From Candidatus Woesearchaeota archaeon (GTDB taxonomy: Archaea; Nanobdellota; Nanobdellia; Woesearchaeales; UBA11576), in the NCBI GenBank assembly GCA_043819495.1, contig JBDRET010000030.1, positions 71,463 through 131,462 of the forward strand: DNA of 60,000 nt, read 5' to 3'. Below, piece after piece: positions 26,736-36,038 of this stretch. Below the pieces are notes generated by a model. That model searched no databases. It had not been told where the DNA came from and worked only from the letters and a program-made list of their open reading frames with translations. The position numbers and the translations under genes are program-made. Positions within the stretch are counted from its first letter, which is position 1, and each line of letters starts with the position of its first letter.

Positions 26736-29486
26736 ATGAGCTTACATGATAATCTGACAAGATTGCTGCTTCCGGGTGTGAAGAATAGCAAGGAGAAGAC
26801 CGATCAGGTCATTGAGGTAGTGAAGAGAGTTGCTGAGACCAACAACACCACTGCGGTGTCTGTCCTCCGTAACCTCCTTCAGCTATCTACTTCTAAGGAT
26901 GTATTTGATGCTGTCAGTGAATGGAACCCTATAGGATACTATGAGGCACCTAAATCTGATGCTGGCAGGCGCAAGGCAGAAGTGCGTGGCACTTTGTATG
27001 GTGCTGCACTCTGTGATGCTTACACTCTACAGAACACCCATGATCCTTCCCGCATAATACATGTGGGAGACACATTATACAGGAGGCTTGTCTCTGACTT
27101 CCGTGATTTTGGCAAGCCCGAAGAGCAGAAACTGCTCTCCGACGAAGTTGTTGAGAAAAAGAAAAAGGAGAAGCAGAAACAGCTTGATAATGTTCTTAAG
27201 AAACCAAGGGACACATTAGATGAGGTCCTCAATGAGCCTAAGAACAGGAGAGAGTTGGAGAAGATAGACGCTATAGGACTTCTTGATGATGAGATACGCA
27301 GACGTATCGCGATGCTTGATAAGATTTCCCAGGCACAACCAGAGATGGGTGATTCAAGGGATCATGCAGGTGTGATAGATGATTATACTGAACATCTTGT
27401 ATCTCTTGAGAAGAACCGTGGTTTCATGAGCTGGTTTGGTGATGAATTACGTGCAGGGACATTACCTGAGCAGATAGCAGGGATGTACCTGAAAGCGCGT
27501 GATGACATATTGGATATGGCGCAGTGGGAATCCACTGCACTTTTCATCTATGCTGCGAAGAACAGGCGTGTGATGCGGCGTGCTGTCGTCGGGAGCATAG
27601 AGGATGACCTTAAACTGCTGGAATCGCTTCCATCTGATCATCCTTTGATCAAGAAGTACGGTGCAATTGACCTGACTCCCATAAGTGATCTCTTGGGCAA
27701 GAAAGCAATAACACTTATTGATGCGACGAGGATACTCGACGTGCGTCCGGATATAATCGACATCCGTCAGGAGACCAATGCCGAGGTGGAACGTAGTTAC
27801 AAAGAAGACATATATTCTATACTCGATAAGGTCCGTCCTATATTCATGACTGACAGGTTCCTTTGGCATGAGGAATTCAAGGATGGCAGGAGTGAAGAAC
27901 GTACTAGTCGTACCTTGTACGCAAAGACTTTCAATAACAGGGATTATACTCAGATAAAGAAGGTGCTCGCACGGGCGACGATAGGTGTCGGTGATGTTGT
28001 GCAGAACCTAAGGACAGGGTATTCGATAGGAGAGTTCAGTCAGACCATAGAGGATCTTGTTGTCCTTGGCAGGCGCATGAAGCTTGTTGAGAACATTGCC
28101 AGAGCACAGGAATTGCCTGTCGGTGACGTGTATGATGTTGACCAGAAGACTCTGGACCGTATCGATGTCGCACAGATGTCTAAGGTCAGTGTGCGTGACA
28201 AGAAAGGCAACCTGAAATATCATCCTGCAGAGCACTTTGTGTCACACCCTAAGAATAGTTCAGGTCTTGATCTGGCAGAGATGGTTGCGATGTTTGATGT
28301 CGCTAAAGTAGGTTCACTCGGCAATTTCCATTATCATCAGTTCAAGGAGACGCATTTTCCGAGGATCAGGATGCTGGCAGATGTCGGGCTTTTCCATGAA
28401 GATGATGTTGAACGGCTTGAACAGTATTTCCGTACTGTGAAAAGTAAGGTAGTGTCAGGCAGTTCCGAGGAGATCGGCATTTTCCGGAATGCGATAGAGC
28501 GTGCCCGTGACAATCCGCTGATGGAGTTCATAGGTGAACTGCCTGCAAAGGGATTGAAGATGTACACTAGCGCTCAGGTCAAGGTTCTTGAGGCTGCATC
28601 AAAGGCGTGTGAAGCATTCTACTCTATGATGGATGATGTGGGCGGGCTTGAAGAGCATAAGAAGAGGCTTGCATTCCTCGAATACATAAAAACTGATTGC
28701 ACAGTCTATATCGGAAGGCAGCTCACAAGAGGATGTGAGATACATCGTGCTAAAATCGAGAATGATTCTCTGGTTCAGAAGTCTTTTGACCTCCCTGGAG
28801 CAAGATTTTCATTTGGAGGAGGTCTTCCTGTGAAGTATCTGTCTCCGCATAAGGTCCTTACTGCTGTCGAGAAGTTCAATGAAGAGCACAAGACCCTCGC
28901 AGATATATGTTCAGCCGATCCTCTGTTCCTTGATAGGCTTCACGATCTTGCAGGTGCTGATGATTTCATGCGTAAGAAGCTGATTGAGAACGGCAGTGCT
29001 TTCTATGGCAGTACTGGTGTCTATCTTAAGCAGGAAGCGATGGCTGCACTGCGTGAGATTGCGGGCGAAGGTGCACATGACAAGGTATACCTTTCAAACG
29101 ATCTTGCAGAAGTCGTCAATGGTATGCATTCAGAATTCCAGAAGTATCAGGAGGCCAAGAAAGTTGCTGTTGAAGCAGCACGGGCAGTGCAGGTTGCTCA
29201 AGAAGATGATGCAGTATCATCACCGATGACTGTTGAGACTCCTTCCGAATCTGCTAAAGAACCTATGTACACAGTGCTTGTCCCTAAAGGGTATGGCAAG
29301 TCTGCAACATACCAGCACAGGTATTACCTCGCACGACACCTTGGTATGACTTGGACAAGCGTAGGGTATAAGAAGCTTGACGTGACTGAGTCAGAGTTGG
29401 CTGACATGAGAGAACGGATACAGAAGCTGAACGAAGATAAGGGTTCACGGCTTACTGTGCGGGCAGTCAAGAGACGGGATCAATAA
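26736..29486 (+). CDS. large hypothetical protein (916 aa)
   Basis: Long ORF with no clear catalytic motif. Confidence 0.75.
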   Translation: MSLHDNLTRLLLPGVKNSKEKTDQVIEVVKRVAETNNTTAVSVLRNLLQLSTSKDVFDAVSEWNPIGYYEAPKSDAGRRKAEVRGTLYGAALCDAYTLQNTHDPSRIIHVGDTLYRRLVSDFRDFGKPEEQKLLSDEVVEKKKKEKQKQLDNVLKKPRDTLDEVLNEPKNRRELEKIDAIGLLDDEIRRRIAMLDKISQAQPEMGDSRDHAGVIDDYTEHLVSLEKNRGFMSWFGDELRAGTLPEQIAGMYLKARDDILDMAQWESTALFIYAAKNRRVMRRAVVGSIEDDLKLLESLPSDHPLIKKYGAIDLTPISDLLGKKAITLIDATRILDVRPDIIDIRQETNAEVERSYKEDIYSILDKVRPIFMTDRFLWHEEFKDGRSEERTSRTLYAKTFNNRDYTQIKKVLARATIGVGDVVQNLRTGYSIGEFSQTIEDLVVLGRRMKLVENIARAQELPVGDVYDVDQKTLDRIDVAQMSKVSVRDKKGNLKYHPAEHFVSHPKNSSGLDLAEMVAMFDVAKVGSLGNFHYHQFKETHFPRIRMLADVGLFHEDDVERLEQYFRTVKSKVVSGSSEEIGIFRNAIERARDNPLMEFIGELPAKGLKMYTSAQVKVLEAASKACEAFYSMMDDVGGLEEHKKRLAFLEYIKTDCTVYIGRQLTRGCEIHRAKIENDSLVQKSFDLPGARFSFGGGLPVKYLSPHKVLTAVEKFNEEHKTLADICSADPLFLDRLHDLAGADDFMRKKLIENGSAFYGSTGVYLKQEAMAALREIAGEGAHDKVYLSNDLAEVVNGMHSEFQKYQEAKKVAVEAARAVQVAQEDDAVSSPMTVETPSESAKEPMYTVLVPKGYGKSATYQHRYYLARHLGMTWTSVGYKKLDVTESELADMRERIQKLNEDKGSRLTVRAVKRRDQ

Positions 29487-29525
29487 TTTTATTTTTTATT
29501 CTATTTGTTTAGCTATTTCTGGCAA

Positions 29526-29666
29526 CACAGCCACCGCTCTTTGCGTGTCCTCTGTAAATATGAGTGTAATGGGCTGCACTTTTTCTGATATGTGCGTTTA
29601 TTGCGCAAGCACAGTATGGGTTGACAGAGGATAGCATGCCGACTGCGATGTAGCTGCGTGGCTGTG
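29526..29666. repeat. nested inverted-repeat element between convergent genes
   Basis: cacagccac/gtggctgtg outer pair and tcctctgt/acagagga inner pair. Confidence 0.5.
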
Positions 29667-29734
29667 GTTCAATCTTCGATTGAACCCCACAAACCGAAGG
29701 TTTGTCGTGCTATTATTATTCAGCTAAACAAATA

Positions 29735-30274
29735 CTATTGCAGGTTAAGGAATAAGAACGCCAGCCCAAGCACAGTGATCATCATGATCAGCCCTAATGC
29801 CTGTTTTGTGAAGAGAGGTGCAAAGTCTATCTTGACAGCATCTTCCTGCGGTGCGAAAGAGTCCGCAAACGAGACTGAGGTGTCCTCAAGCAGTTTTTCT
29901 CCGTAGACATGGCTTGCAGCGAATGCGATTATGCATATGACTGCTATCTTGAGCGCTATGCTGAATGGACCTACACTCTTGAGCATAGGCCATATCTTTG
30001 GCTTGTCCATCCCCAGTGTAAATAGGACTGTCGAAACTCCAAAGACAAAAAGGCAGATGAGCACAAAGAAAGGTATTCCGAAGCTCAGCATGCTGAGCAA
30101 TGGTCTGTATGCGATAAGTAATATCATGAAGATGATCAGTACCGGAAGTATGTATGCAGACTTGCTGTCAGAGAACATCTTCCGCTTGCTTAGCCATGCT
30201 TTGACCACTATGACTGTGACTACAAACGCCAAGAATAATGATATCGGATTGTCGCTGAAAAAAAATGTGGCCAT
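29735..30274 (-). CDS. multi-TM membrane protein
   Basis: About five hydrophobic segments. Confidence 0.75.
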   Translation of the reverse strand: MATFFFSDNPISLFLAFVVTVIVVKAWLSKRKMFSDSKSAYILPVLIIFMILLIAYRPLLSMLSFGIPFFVLICLFVFGVSTVLFTLGMDKPKIWPMLKSVGPFSIALKIAVICIIAFAASHVYGEKLLEDTSVSFADSFAPQEDAVKIDFAPLFTKQALGLIMMITVLGLAFLFLNLQ

Positions 30275-30472
30275 AACGCTTCCCCTAAAATTATATTATC
30301 CTTAAATTATATGGTTTCAGCCATTTATAAAATTAACGAAAAATCACCACTTACAAGTGACTATAAACCGAAAGGTTTATAAAGGGGTCTCGCCAAAACC
30401 ATCATAGAGCAATTTCTCAAGGTTCTGGATCTATGGGTAATATTTAAATAAATCTTGGTCAGATATACCTCC

Positions 30473-31363
30473 ATGAAAAAGAGGTTGAAGAACAAGATAG
30501 CTACATCTGATGCTGTACTTTCTCTGTATCCTATCCATGAAGCTATAGCTATCCTCGGCAAGACAGGCTATGATGCAATCGAGCTATGGGCCCAGAACCT
30601 TGATGTCCAGCTCTTGAATAAGAAGACTTCGATGGATAAGATAAAGTCTGCCCTGGAACAGGCAGGCATGACAGGTACGATCCACGCACCTCTCAAGAAC
30701 CTGTTCGCAAAGGAGCCATACAAGTATAATATCTGTTCTAAAAATGTCCGTCTGCGTATAGAATCCATACAGGCAAATCTTCGAGCCATAGACTATACAC
30801 ACAAGCTCGGCTTCAATGTCATAACCATACATCCAGGTCACACAGATTCTCCTGAAGACAAAGCAGACAATGAATACTGGAATCTTCAGATAGATGCATT
30901 CAAGCGTCTTGCACTGCATGCAGGAGAGTTTGGGGTGAAGATCGGCATGGAGCCGATGGAGCACAGGCCAAAAGAGTTTGTGATGGAACCTGCAGAGGTC
31001 GACCTCCTGATAGGTACAGTCGCTTCTGAGAATCTAGGCATAACATTTGATCTTATCCATGCTTACAGCCATGGTGTTGACAAGCCTGTAGAGTTCCTTG
31101 ACAAGATGCACAAGAACATATTCCATGTCCACATGAGCGGGCATTCAAAAGAGAAGAATCATGTGCCGTTCTCGATGACCATCATAGATCATCAGTATCT
31201 TGATGGTGTCCTCTTGAAGCTGGTAGACAAACATACAGAGATCATATCTATAGAGGGGACGATGAAAGGGCTTGTAAAAGAGACAAAGAAGAGTCAACAG
31301 GAGGTTGTCAAGAGCAACCTTGATTATATACACCGGGAACTGAAAGCACTTCACCTGGAATAG
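30473..31363 (+). CDS. sugar-phosphate isomerase/epimerase family TIM-barrel protein
   Basis: AIELW, IHAP, TIHPG, GMEPM, TFDLIH, FHVH, SIEG. Confidence 0.85.
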   Translation: MKKRLKNKIATSDAVLSLYPIHEAIAILGKTGYDAIELWAQNLDVQLLNKKTSMDKIKSALEQAGMTGTIHAPLKNLFAKEPYKYNICSKNVRLRIESIQANLRAIDYTHKLGFNVITIHPGHTDSPEDKADNEYWNLQIDAFKRLALHAGEFGVKIGMEPMEHRPKEFVMEPAEVDLLIGTVASENLGITFDLIHAYSHGVDKPVEFLDKMHKNIFHVHMSGHSKEKNHVPFSMTIIDHQYLDGVLLKLVDKHTEIISIEGTMKGLVKETKKSQQEVVKSNLDYIHRELKALHLE

Positions 31364-31377
31364 TCTTGATCAGATGA

Positions 31378-32154
31378 TCATATCCTGTGTCTTTCTTTCA
31401 TCCTGTCGATGCTGAACTCTATATTCTCAAGAAGAGCGCCATATTTCTTGTTGACAAGTTCGTGAACATTCTTCAGGCTGGTATGTATGAGGTCTTCATG
31501 GAGCAGTTTTCCATATTCGATGAGGTCATTTATGTGAGTCAGTTCCTCTTTATGTATTGTTGCAGAGAATAAGAACAGCTTTCCACCTGCGAAATGCACT
31601 TTGCCAAGAGTGTCAAGGACCTGTGCTTTATGTGCCTCCTTGTCATCGCTGAACATGTACTCGCGATAATTTACCTCGATGCCGACATCATTCTTTGCAG
31701 CATCTTCTGCATTCTGCGAAGTGAGCACGCCACCTTCTTTCTCAGGATGGCATAATAGATCAGAATCAGAGTCTGCACAAGTCACTCTGTTGGCATCAGC
31801 ATTCCCTCCATGTATGAATACCATGAAAGGCACATGGTGCACTTTCCCTTTATGATGTACAGGTATATACTTGCGCCCAAACTCAGATATCAGTCCAGGA
31901 AGCTTAGAATAATCACCATCACGGATTTTAAGCTCCACTGCAGGGAGCATGAGAAGACCCTCTTTCTCGAATATCTCAAAGTGTGACTCGAAGAATTTGT
32001 AGTAATTCTCCTTGTTCTTGACATCTTCACCAGAATTATGAGCATTGACGCCGACGACATAATAACCGTTCGCGACAAGCTCTTTTGCGACCTTTTCAGG
32101 GTCTTCTGCATCACGCAATATCTTGTTGTGAAGGTCGAGATATTTCAGGAACAT
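31378..32154 (-). CDS. RNase P subunit Rpp30-like (PHP-fold) protein
   Basis: YLDLH; IHGGNADANR...DLLCHPE...AAKNDVGIEVN resembles archaeal Rnp3. Confidence 0.55.
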   Translation of the reverse strand: MFLKYLDLHNKILRDAEDPEKVAKELVANGYYVVGVNAHNSGEDVKNKENYYKFFESHFEIFEKEGLLMLPAVELKIRDGDYSKLPGLISEFGRKYIPVHHKGKVHHVPFMVFIHGGNADANRVTCADSDSDLLCHPEKEGGVLTSQNAEDAAKNDVGIEVNYREYMFSDDKEAHKAQVLDTLGKVHFAGGKLFLFSATIHKEELTHINDLIEYGKLLHEDLIHTSLKNVHELVNKKYGALLENIEFSIDRMKERHRI

Positions 32155-32158
32155 GCAT

Positions 32159-32794
32159 TCACCTCAGGATGTCCTCAATATTCATGACATTGATGTCTTC
32201 AATTATCCTTGGACACATGGTGTTGATCCAGCATTCTATGAAGTTGAAGTTCTCTAGCTCAGAGTAGTTGAGCGTCTCTCCGATGAAGAAATAGAACTTC
32301 TTGTCAGGGAATTTCTCTTCAAGCGACTTGACTGCTTCCATGCTTGCCTGCACAGTGCTCTGTCCTTTTTTTGTGGTGACCAACACGCCGATCTTTTTTG
32401 ATGTGTGGAATTTGAGTAGCATCCCTTTCTTCTTTTTCTGTATCCTATTGATATCTTCATCATTCAATCTCTTGAGGATCATGTTGTTAGGGTCAAGAAC
32501 AAAGACAGGTTTCTTCACCTTTAGTGCCACGCCGATAGGATGGAACTCCCCTGTCCCGATATATAGGAACGCATCGACTTCAGACTGATGCTTTTCTGCA
32601 GCAGATGCGTCACATCCTAACACTTGACCCGCAATAACTGCCTGGATCTCTTTCTTCCACAGGAAGTCGACGACCTTCTTCATGTCTGATAGGTATTGTA
32701 TTGTCGTGACTATCCCTATCTTCTTAGGAAGTCCAGAAGTGTCAAACTCTACCTTGCCGAGTCCTGATTTTGCTTCTATGAACACTGTTTTCAT
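32159..32794 (-). CDS. dph2: diphthamide biosynthesis protein Dph2 (short form)
   Basis: TTIQY, GQVLGC, GTGEFHP, STKxGQ-like TTKKGQ, NTMCPRI. Confidence 0.85.
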   Translation of the reverse strand: MKTVFIEAKSGLGKVEFDTSGLPKKIGIVTTIQYLSDMKKVVDFLWKKEIQAVIAGQVLGCDASAAEKHQSEVDAFLYIGTGEFHPIGVALKVKKPVFVLDPNNMILKRLNDEDINRIQKKKKGMLLKFHTSKKIGVLVTTKKGQSTVQASMEAVKSLEEKFPDKKFYFFIGETLNYSELENFNFIECWINTMCPRIIEDINVMNIEDILR

Positions 32795-32831
32795 GTTACA
32801 AAAAGAATGTCGGTCGATTAATAAAGCTTTC

Positions 32832-33287
32832 TTACTTATGATATTCCCTTCCAGCATTTATCATATGTCCCCTATACACCTGCTCTAGAAGTATAAGCCG
32901 CACCATCTGGTGTGTGAAAGTCATATTTGACAAGGACATCTGCATATCTGCATTCTTCAATAATTCTTTTGATAGTCCCATCGGACCGCCGATGACAAAC
33001 GCGATATCGCATGAGCACTGTTCCATTTTCTTCAGCATCACAGCCATCTCTCCTGAGTCGATCTGCTTTCCGCAGGAATCAAGTGCTATCACATAGAAAT
33101 CTTTGATGTTCTTGAGGATCCTCTCTGCTTCGATCTTCTTGACGCGTTCAGAATCCTGGATTACTTTCTCTTCCCTGACCTCGACCAGTTCTATCTTAGT
33201 GAATCTGCCAAGTCTTTTGACATACTCTGCGAGGGCATCCTGCAGCCATTTCTCTTTTGTCTTTCCTACAGAGATTATGCGTATCAT
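32832..33287 (-). CDS. rlmH: 23S rRNA (pseudouridine1915-N3)-methyltransferase
   Basis: IISVGK, FVIGGPMG, SLSNMTFTHQMVRLILLEQVYR, YHK. Confidence 0.93.
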   Translation of the reverse strand: MIRIISVGKTKEKWLQDALAEYVKRLGRFTKIELVEVREEKVIQDSERVKKIEAERILKNIKDFYVIALDSCGKQIDSGEMAVMLKKMEQCSCDIAFVIGGPMGLSKELLKNADMQMSLSNMTFTHQMVRLILLEQVYRGHMINAGREYHK

Positions 33288-33334
33288 AACAAAGAGTGGT
33301 TTTTTGTGGATTAATAAATTTATCTTGTTTTGGT

Positions 33335-33487
33335 GTACTGAAACCTGCTTTCGCTTGGCAAGCCAAGCTCCAGAGCGCCGACGCACGCTCTAGGACGTAG
33401 ATTGAAGTTTCGTCGAAGGCGTTTTTTGATTATTGATTTGTTTTGGTAATTGGTTGGCGTGCTAATTGGCGCTACCGGTTTCAGTAC
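33335..33487. repeat. structured intergenic repeat, copy B
   Basis: gtactgaaacc/ggtttcagtac, gcttggc/gccaagc, agcgcc/ggcgct, gcacgc/gcgtgc; homologous to 14382-14548. Confidence 0.75.
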
Positions 33488-33517
33488 TATGGAGATGAGT
33501 GGTAGAATGAACACAAA

Positions 33518-33829
33518 TTACTGGACTAAAAAATTCTGTCTCACAAATTCCGCTAGATCCTCATGCCCTGTCTTCATCAACAAGTCATACGCTTCCTTAT
33601 GTTGTCCGAGCATTATCTTATTGTCAGCAATCCTCTTCAATTGATCGAGTGGCAGCACCCTTCCTGCGCGCTCCATGGCTATGAATGCCTGCTCGTTCCT
33701 GTTAAGTCTGAGAAGTATATCTGCTGCCTGTGAATACATCTCTTTAATCTGCTCTTCAGGGAACATAGAAAGGTCAACACTATCTACACCTTTTTCAGCG
33801 AGGATCTTCGCAATTGGGTGTGTGTTCAT
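33518..33829 (-). CDS. small helical hypothetical protein
   Basis: 103-aa ORF divergent from pyk. Confidence 0.65.
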   Translation of the reverse strand: MNTHPIAKILAEKGVDSVDLSMFPEEQIKEMYSQAADILLRLNRNEQAFIAMERAGRVLPLDQLKRIADNKIMLGQHKEAYDLLMKTGHEDLAEFVRQNFLVQ

Positions 33830-33921
33830 GCAATATCATACGCTTGCACCGTATTTATACTTTTCTGATACACACCACAGAAACCTTTTTAAATACCCTC
33901 TCCTTATAAACGCATAAAGAG

Positions 33922-35346
33922 GTGAACGTTATAATAAAGACAAAGATAGTCTGTACGATAGGTCCGGGTACTGAATCTGTTTCTGCAATCAAAGATCTGT
34001 ACGATGCAGGCATGAGTGTCGCAAGGATAAACTGTTCTCATGGTGATCATAAGCAATATAGCGGTTTTATCAGGAACATCAAGGCTGCTTCAAAGGATAT
34101 AGCGATTCTATTGGACACACAGGGTCCTGAGATACGTACCGGCATGGTACATCCTGGCACGATACTGGAAGATGGGAGTACGTTCGCTCTGACAACAAGA
34201 AAAGTCATCGGCAATAGCAAGGAGGTCTACGTCACGTACGCAGGTCTTGTTGAAGATGCAAAACCTGGTGAGAGCATACTCATCGATTCAGGATTCCTGG
34301 AACTCAAGGTAGTGAAGAAGACAAAGACAGACATAATCTGCAAGGTCATCAATGGTGGCCCATTAGGGAATCAGAAAGGGGTAAATCATCCTGCCTGTCT
34401 GGCAAGGCTTCCTGCATTCACGAATAAGGATAAGGATGATGTCTCTTTTGGTATCAAGAATGGCATCGATTTCATAGCTGCTTCTTTCATACGCGCTCCA
34501 GAGGATGTCGTGAAGATCAAGGCATTCATCAAGAATCATACTCACATCAAGGTATTTGCTAAGATAGAGAATGCAAAGGCAGTGGAGAATTTCGACAAGA
34601 TACTTGCGGTTGCAGATGGGATAATGGTAGCTAGAGGTGACCTGGGTGTAGAGCTTCCTTCTTCAGATGTTCCAATAATACAGAAACGCATCATAAAAGC
34701 ATGCAATCAGGCAGGCAAGCCAGTCATCACTGCTACCCAGATGCTTGAGACCATGGTCACAAACCCAAGGCCCACAAGAGCAGAGGCGAGTGATGTTGCC
34801 AATGCCATGCTCGACGGCACTGATGCAGTGATGCTCTCTGAAGAGACTGCAATAGGTAAATTCCCTGTTAAGGCAGTCAAGATGATGGTAGAGATTGCAG
34901 AGAAAGTGGAACCGTTCCTTGAGTTCCATAGGGGATTGGATAATGGTTCAACAGACGATGCGATCGCAAAAGCGATATATGACATAGTCAAGAATACTGG
35001 AATCAATAAGATTGTCGTAGCGACATGTTCAGGTCATTCCGCTCGGCTGTTATCAAAGCACCGGCCTAAGGCAGACATAATAGCAGTGACCCCTAACGAG
35101 CAGGTCGTGCGTCAGATGGCTGTGACGTGGGGCATAGACTCTATGATAATCCAGGACGGCAAGATAGAATCTACAAGGGACCTGATATACCATTCGATAC
35201 GTACGGCTTTCAAGAGGAAGATGCTGAAAAGCGATGACCGTGTGGTGGTTGCTGCAGCGCATCCGTTCAACATACGTGGCAAGACAAATCTGATAGAGCT
35301 GCATGTGGTAAGTGAGATACTCAGGAGAGGGCCATCTGCAAAATGA
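33922..35346 (+). CDS. pyk: pyruvate kinase
   Basis: KTKIVCTIGP, DTQGPEIR, AKIEN, MVARGDLG, ATQMLE, PTRAE. Confidence 0.97.
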   Translation: MNVIIKTKIVCTIGPGTESVSAIKDLYDAGMSVARINCSHGDHKQYSGFIRNIKAASKDIAILLDTQGPEIRTGMVHPGTILEDGSTFALTTRKVIGNSKEVYVTYAGLVEDAKPGESILIDSGFLELKVVKKTKTDIICKVINGGPLGNQKGVNHPACLARLPAFTNKDKDDVSFGIKNGIDFIAASFIRAPEDVVKIKAFIKNHTHIKVFAKIENAKAVENFDKILAVADGIMVARGDLGVELPSSDVPIIQKRIIKACNQAGKPVITATQMLETMVTNPRPTRAEASDVANAMLDGTDAVMLSEETAIGKFPVKAVKMMVEIAEKVEPFLEFHRGLDNGSTDDAIAKAIYDIVKNTGINKIVVATCSGHSARLLSKHRPKADIIAVTPNEQVVRQMAVTWGIDSMIIQDGKIESTRDLIYHSIRTAFKRKMLKSDDRVVVAAAHPFNIRGKTNLIELHVVSEILRRGPSAK

Positions 35347-35374
35347 ATCATTCATATGATGCAAGGTAGGATAT

Positions 35375-36025
35375 ATGGTATTCAAGAGAAAACTGGATGT
35401 TGACGAGATTGAGGTGATAGAGCACATAGTAGATTTCGTCAAAGAGAAGCATCATCGCTCTGAAGGACATGATTATTCTCATGTGCTTGAGGTGTGCAGA
35501 TTATCCATTGAGATCGCAAAGAAGATACCTGACCAGATAGACCCTTTCGTGCTGATGTGCGGTGCTTTGCTGCATGACATAGGAAGGATCAATGCTCCTA
35601 ATGGCCTGTTCCATGGTCTTGATGGTGCGGCGCGTGCAAACGAACTTCTCAAAGCGTATACTAATGATGAGACTGTGAGCAGGCAGGTGCAGAATATCAT
35701 AATAAGGCACACTCCTGAATCAAGAGTCCCTCCGCAGGCCCCTGAAGAGAAAGTGGTATTTGATGCAGATACTATTGAACGTCTCGGTTTCATGGGCATG
35801 GTGCGTGGCCTGATGGGCAAGTCAGGGACTATGGAAGAGATAATAGATGACAGGGTCCATAAGCGGCTCCTGGATTATGCCAAGCTATATTATCCTGTAA
35901 GCAGGAGGATGTCTAAGAAAGCGTACAAGGAGACTGTCGCTGTATCAAAGACATTGAAACAAGACCTTGTCAAGAGGGCAAAGGAGATACATGAGATAAC
36001 CTCATACAAGCTGATCAAGCAATGA
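35375..36025 (+). CDS. HD-domain phosphohydrolase
   Basis: GHDYSH, LLHDIG, H, RH, DAD. Confidence 0.9.
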   Translation: MVFKRKLDVDEIEVIEHIVDFVKEKHHRSEGHDYSHVLEVCRLSIEIAKKIPDQIDPFVLMCGALLHDIGRINAPNGLFHGLDGAARANELLKAYTNDETVSRQVQNIIIRHTPESRVPPQAPEEKVVFDADTIERLGFMGMVRGLMGKSGTMEEIIDDRVHKRLLDYAKLYYPVSRRMSKKAYKETVAVSKTLKQDLVKRAKEIHEITSYKLIKQ

Positions 36026-36038
36026 TGGTGCTGGAAAG

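Noticed and set aside
30362-30381. Hairpin tataaacc-gaaa-ggtttata as a terminator or ncRNA
   Set aside because: It lies between divergent genes and reads as a BRE/TATA promoter element
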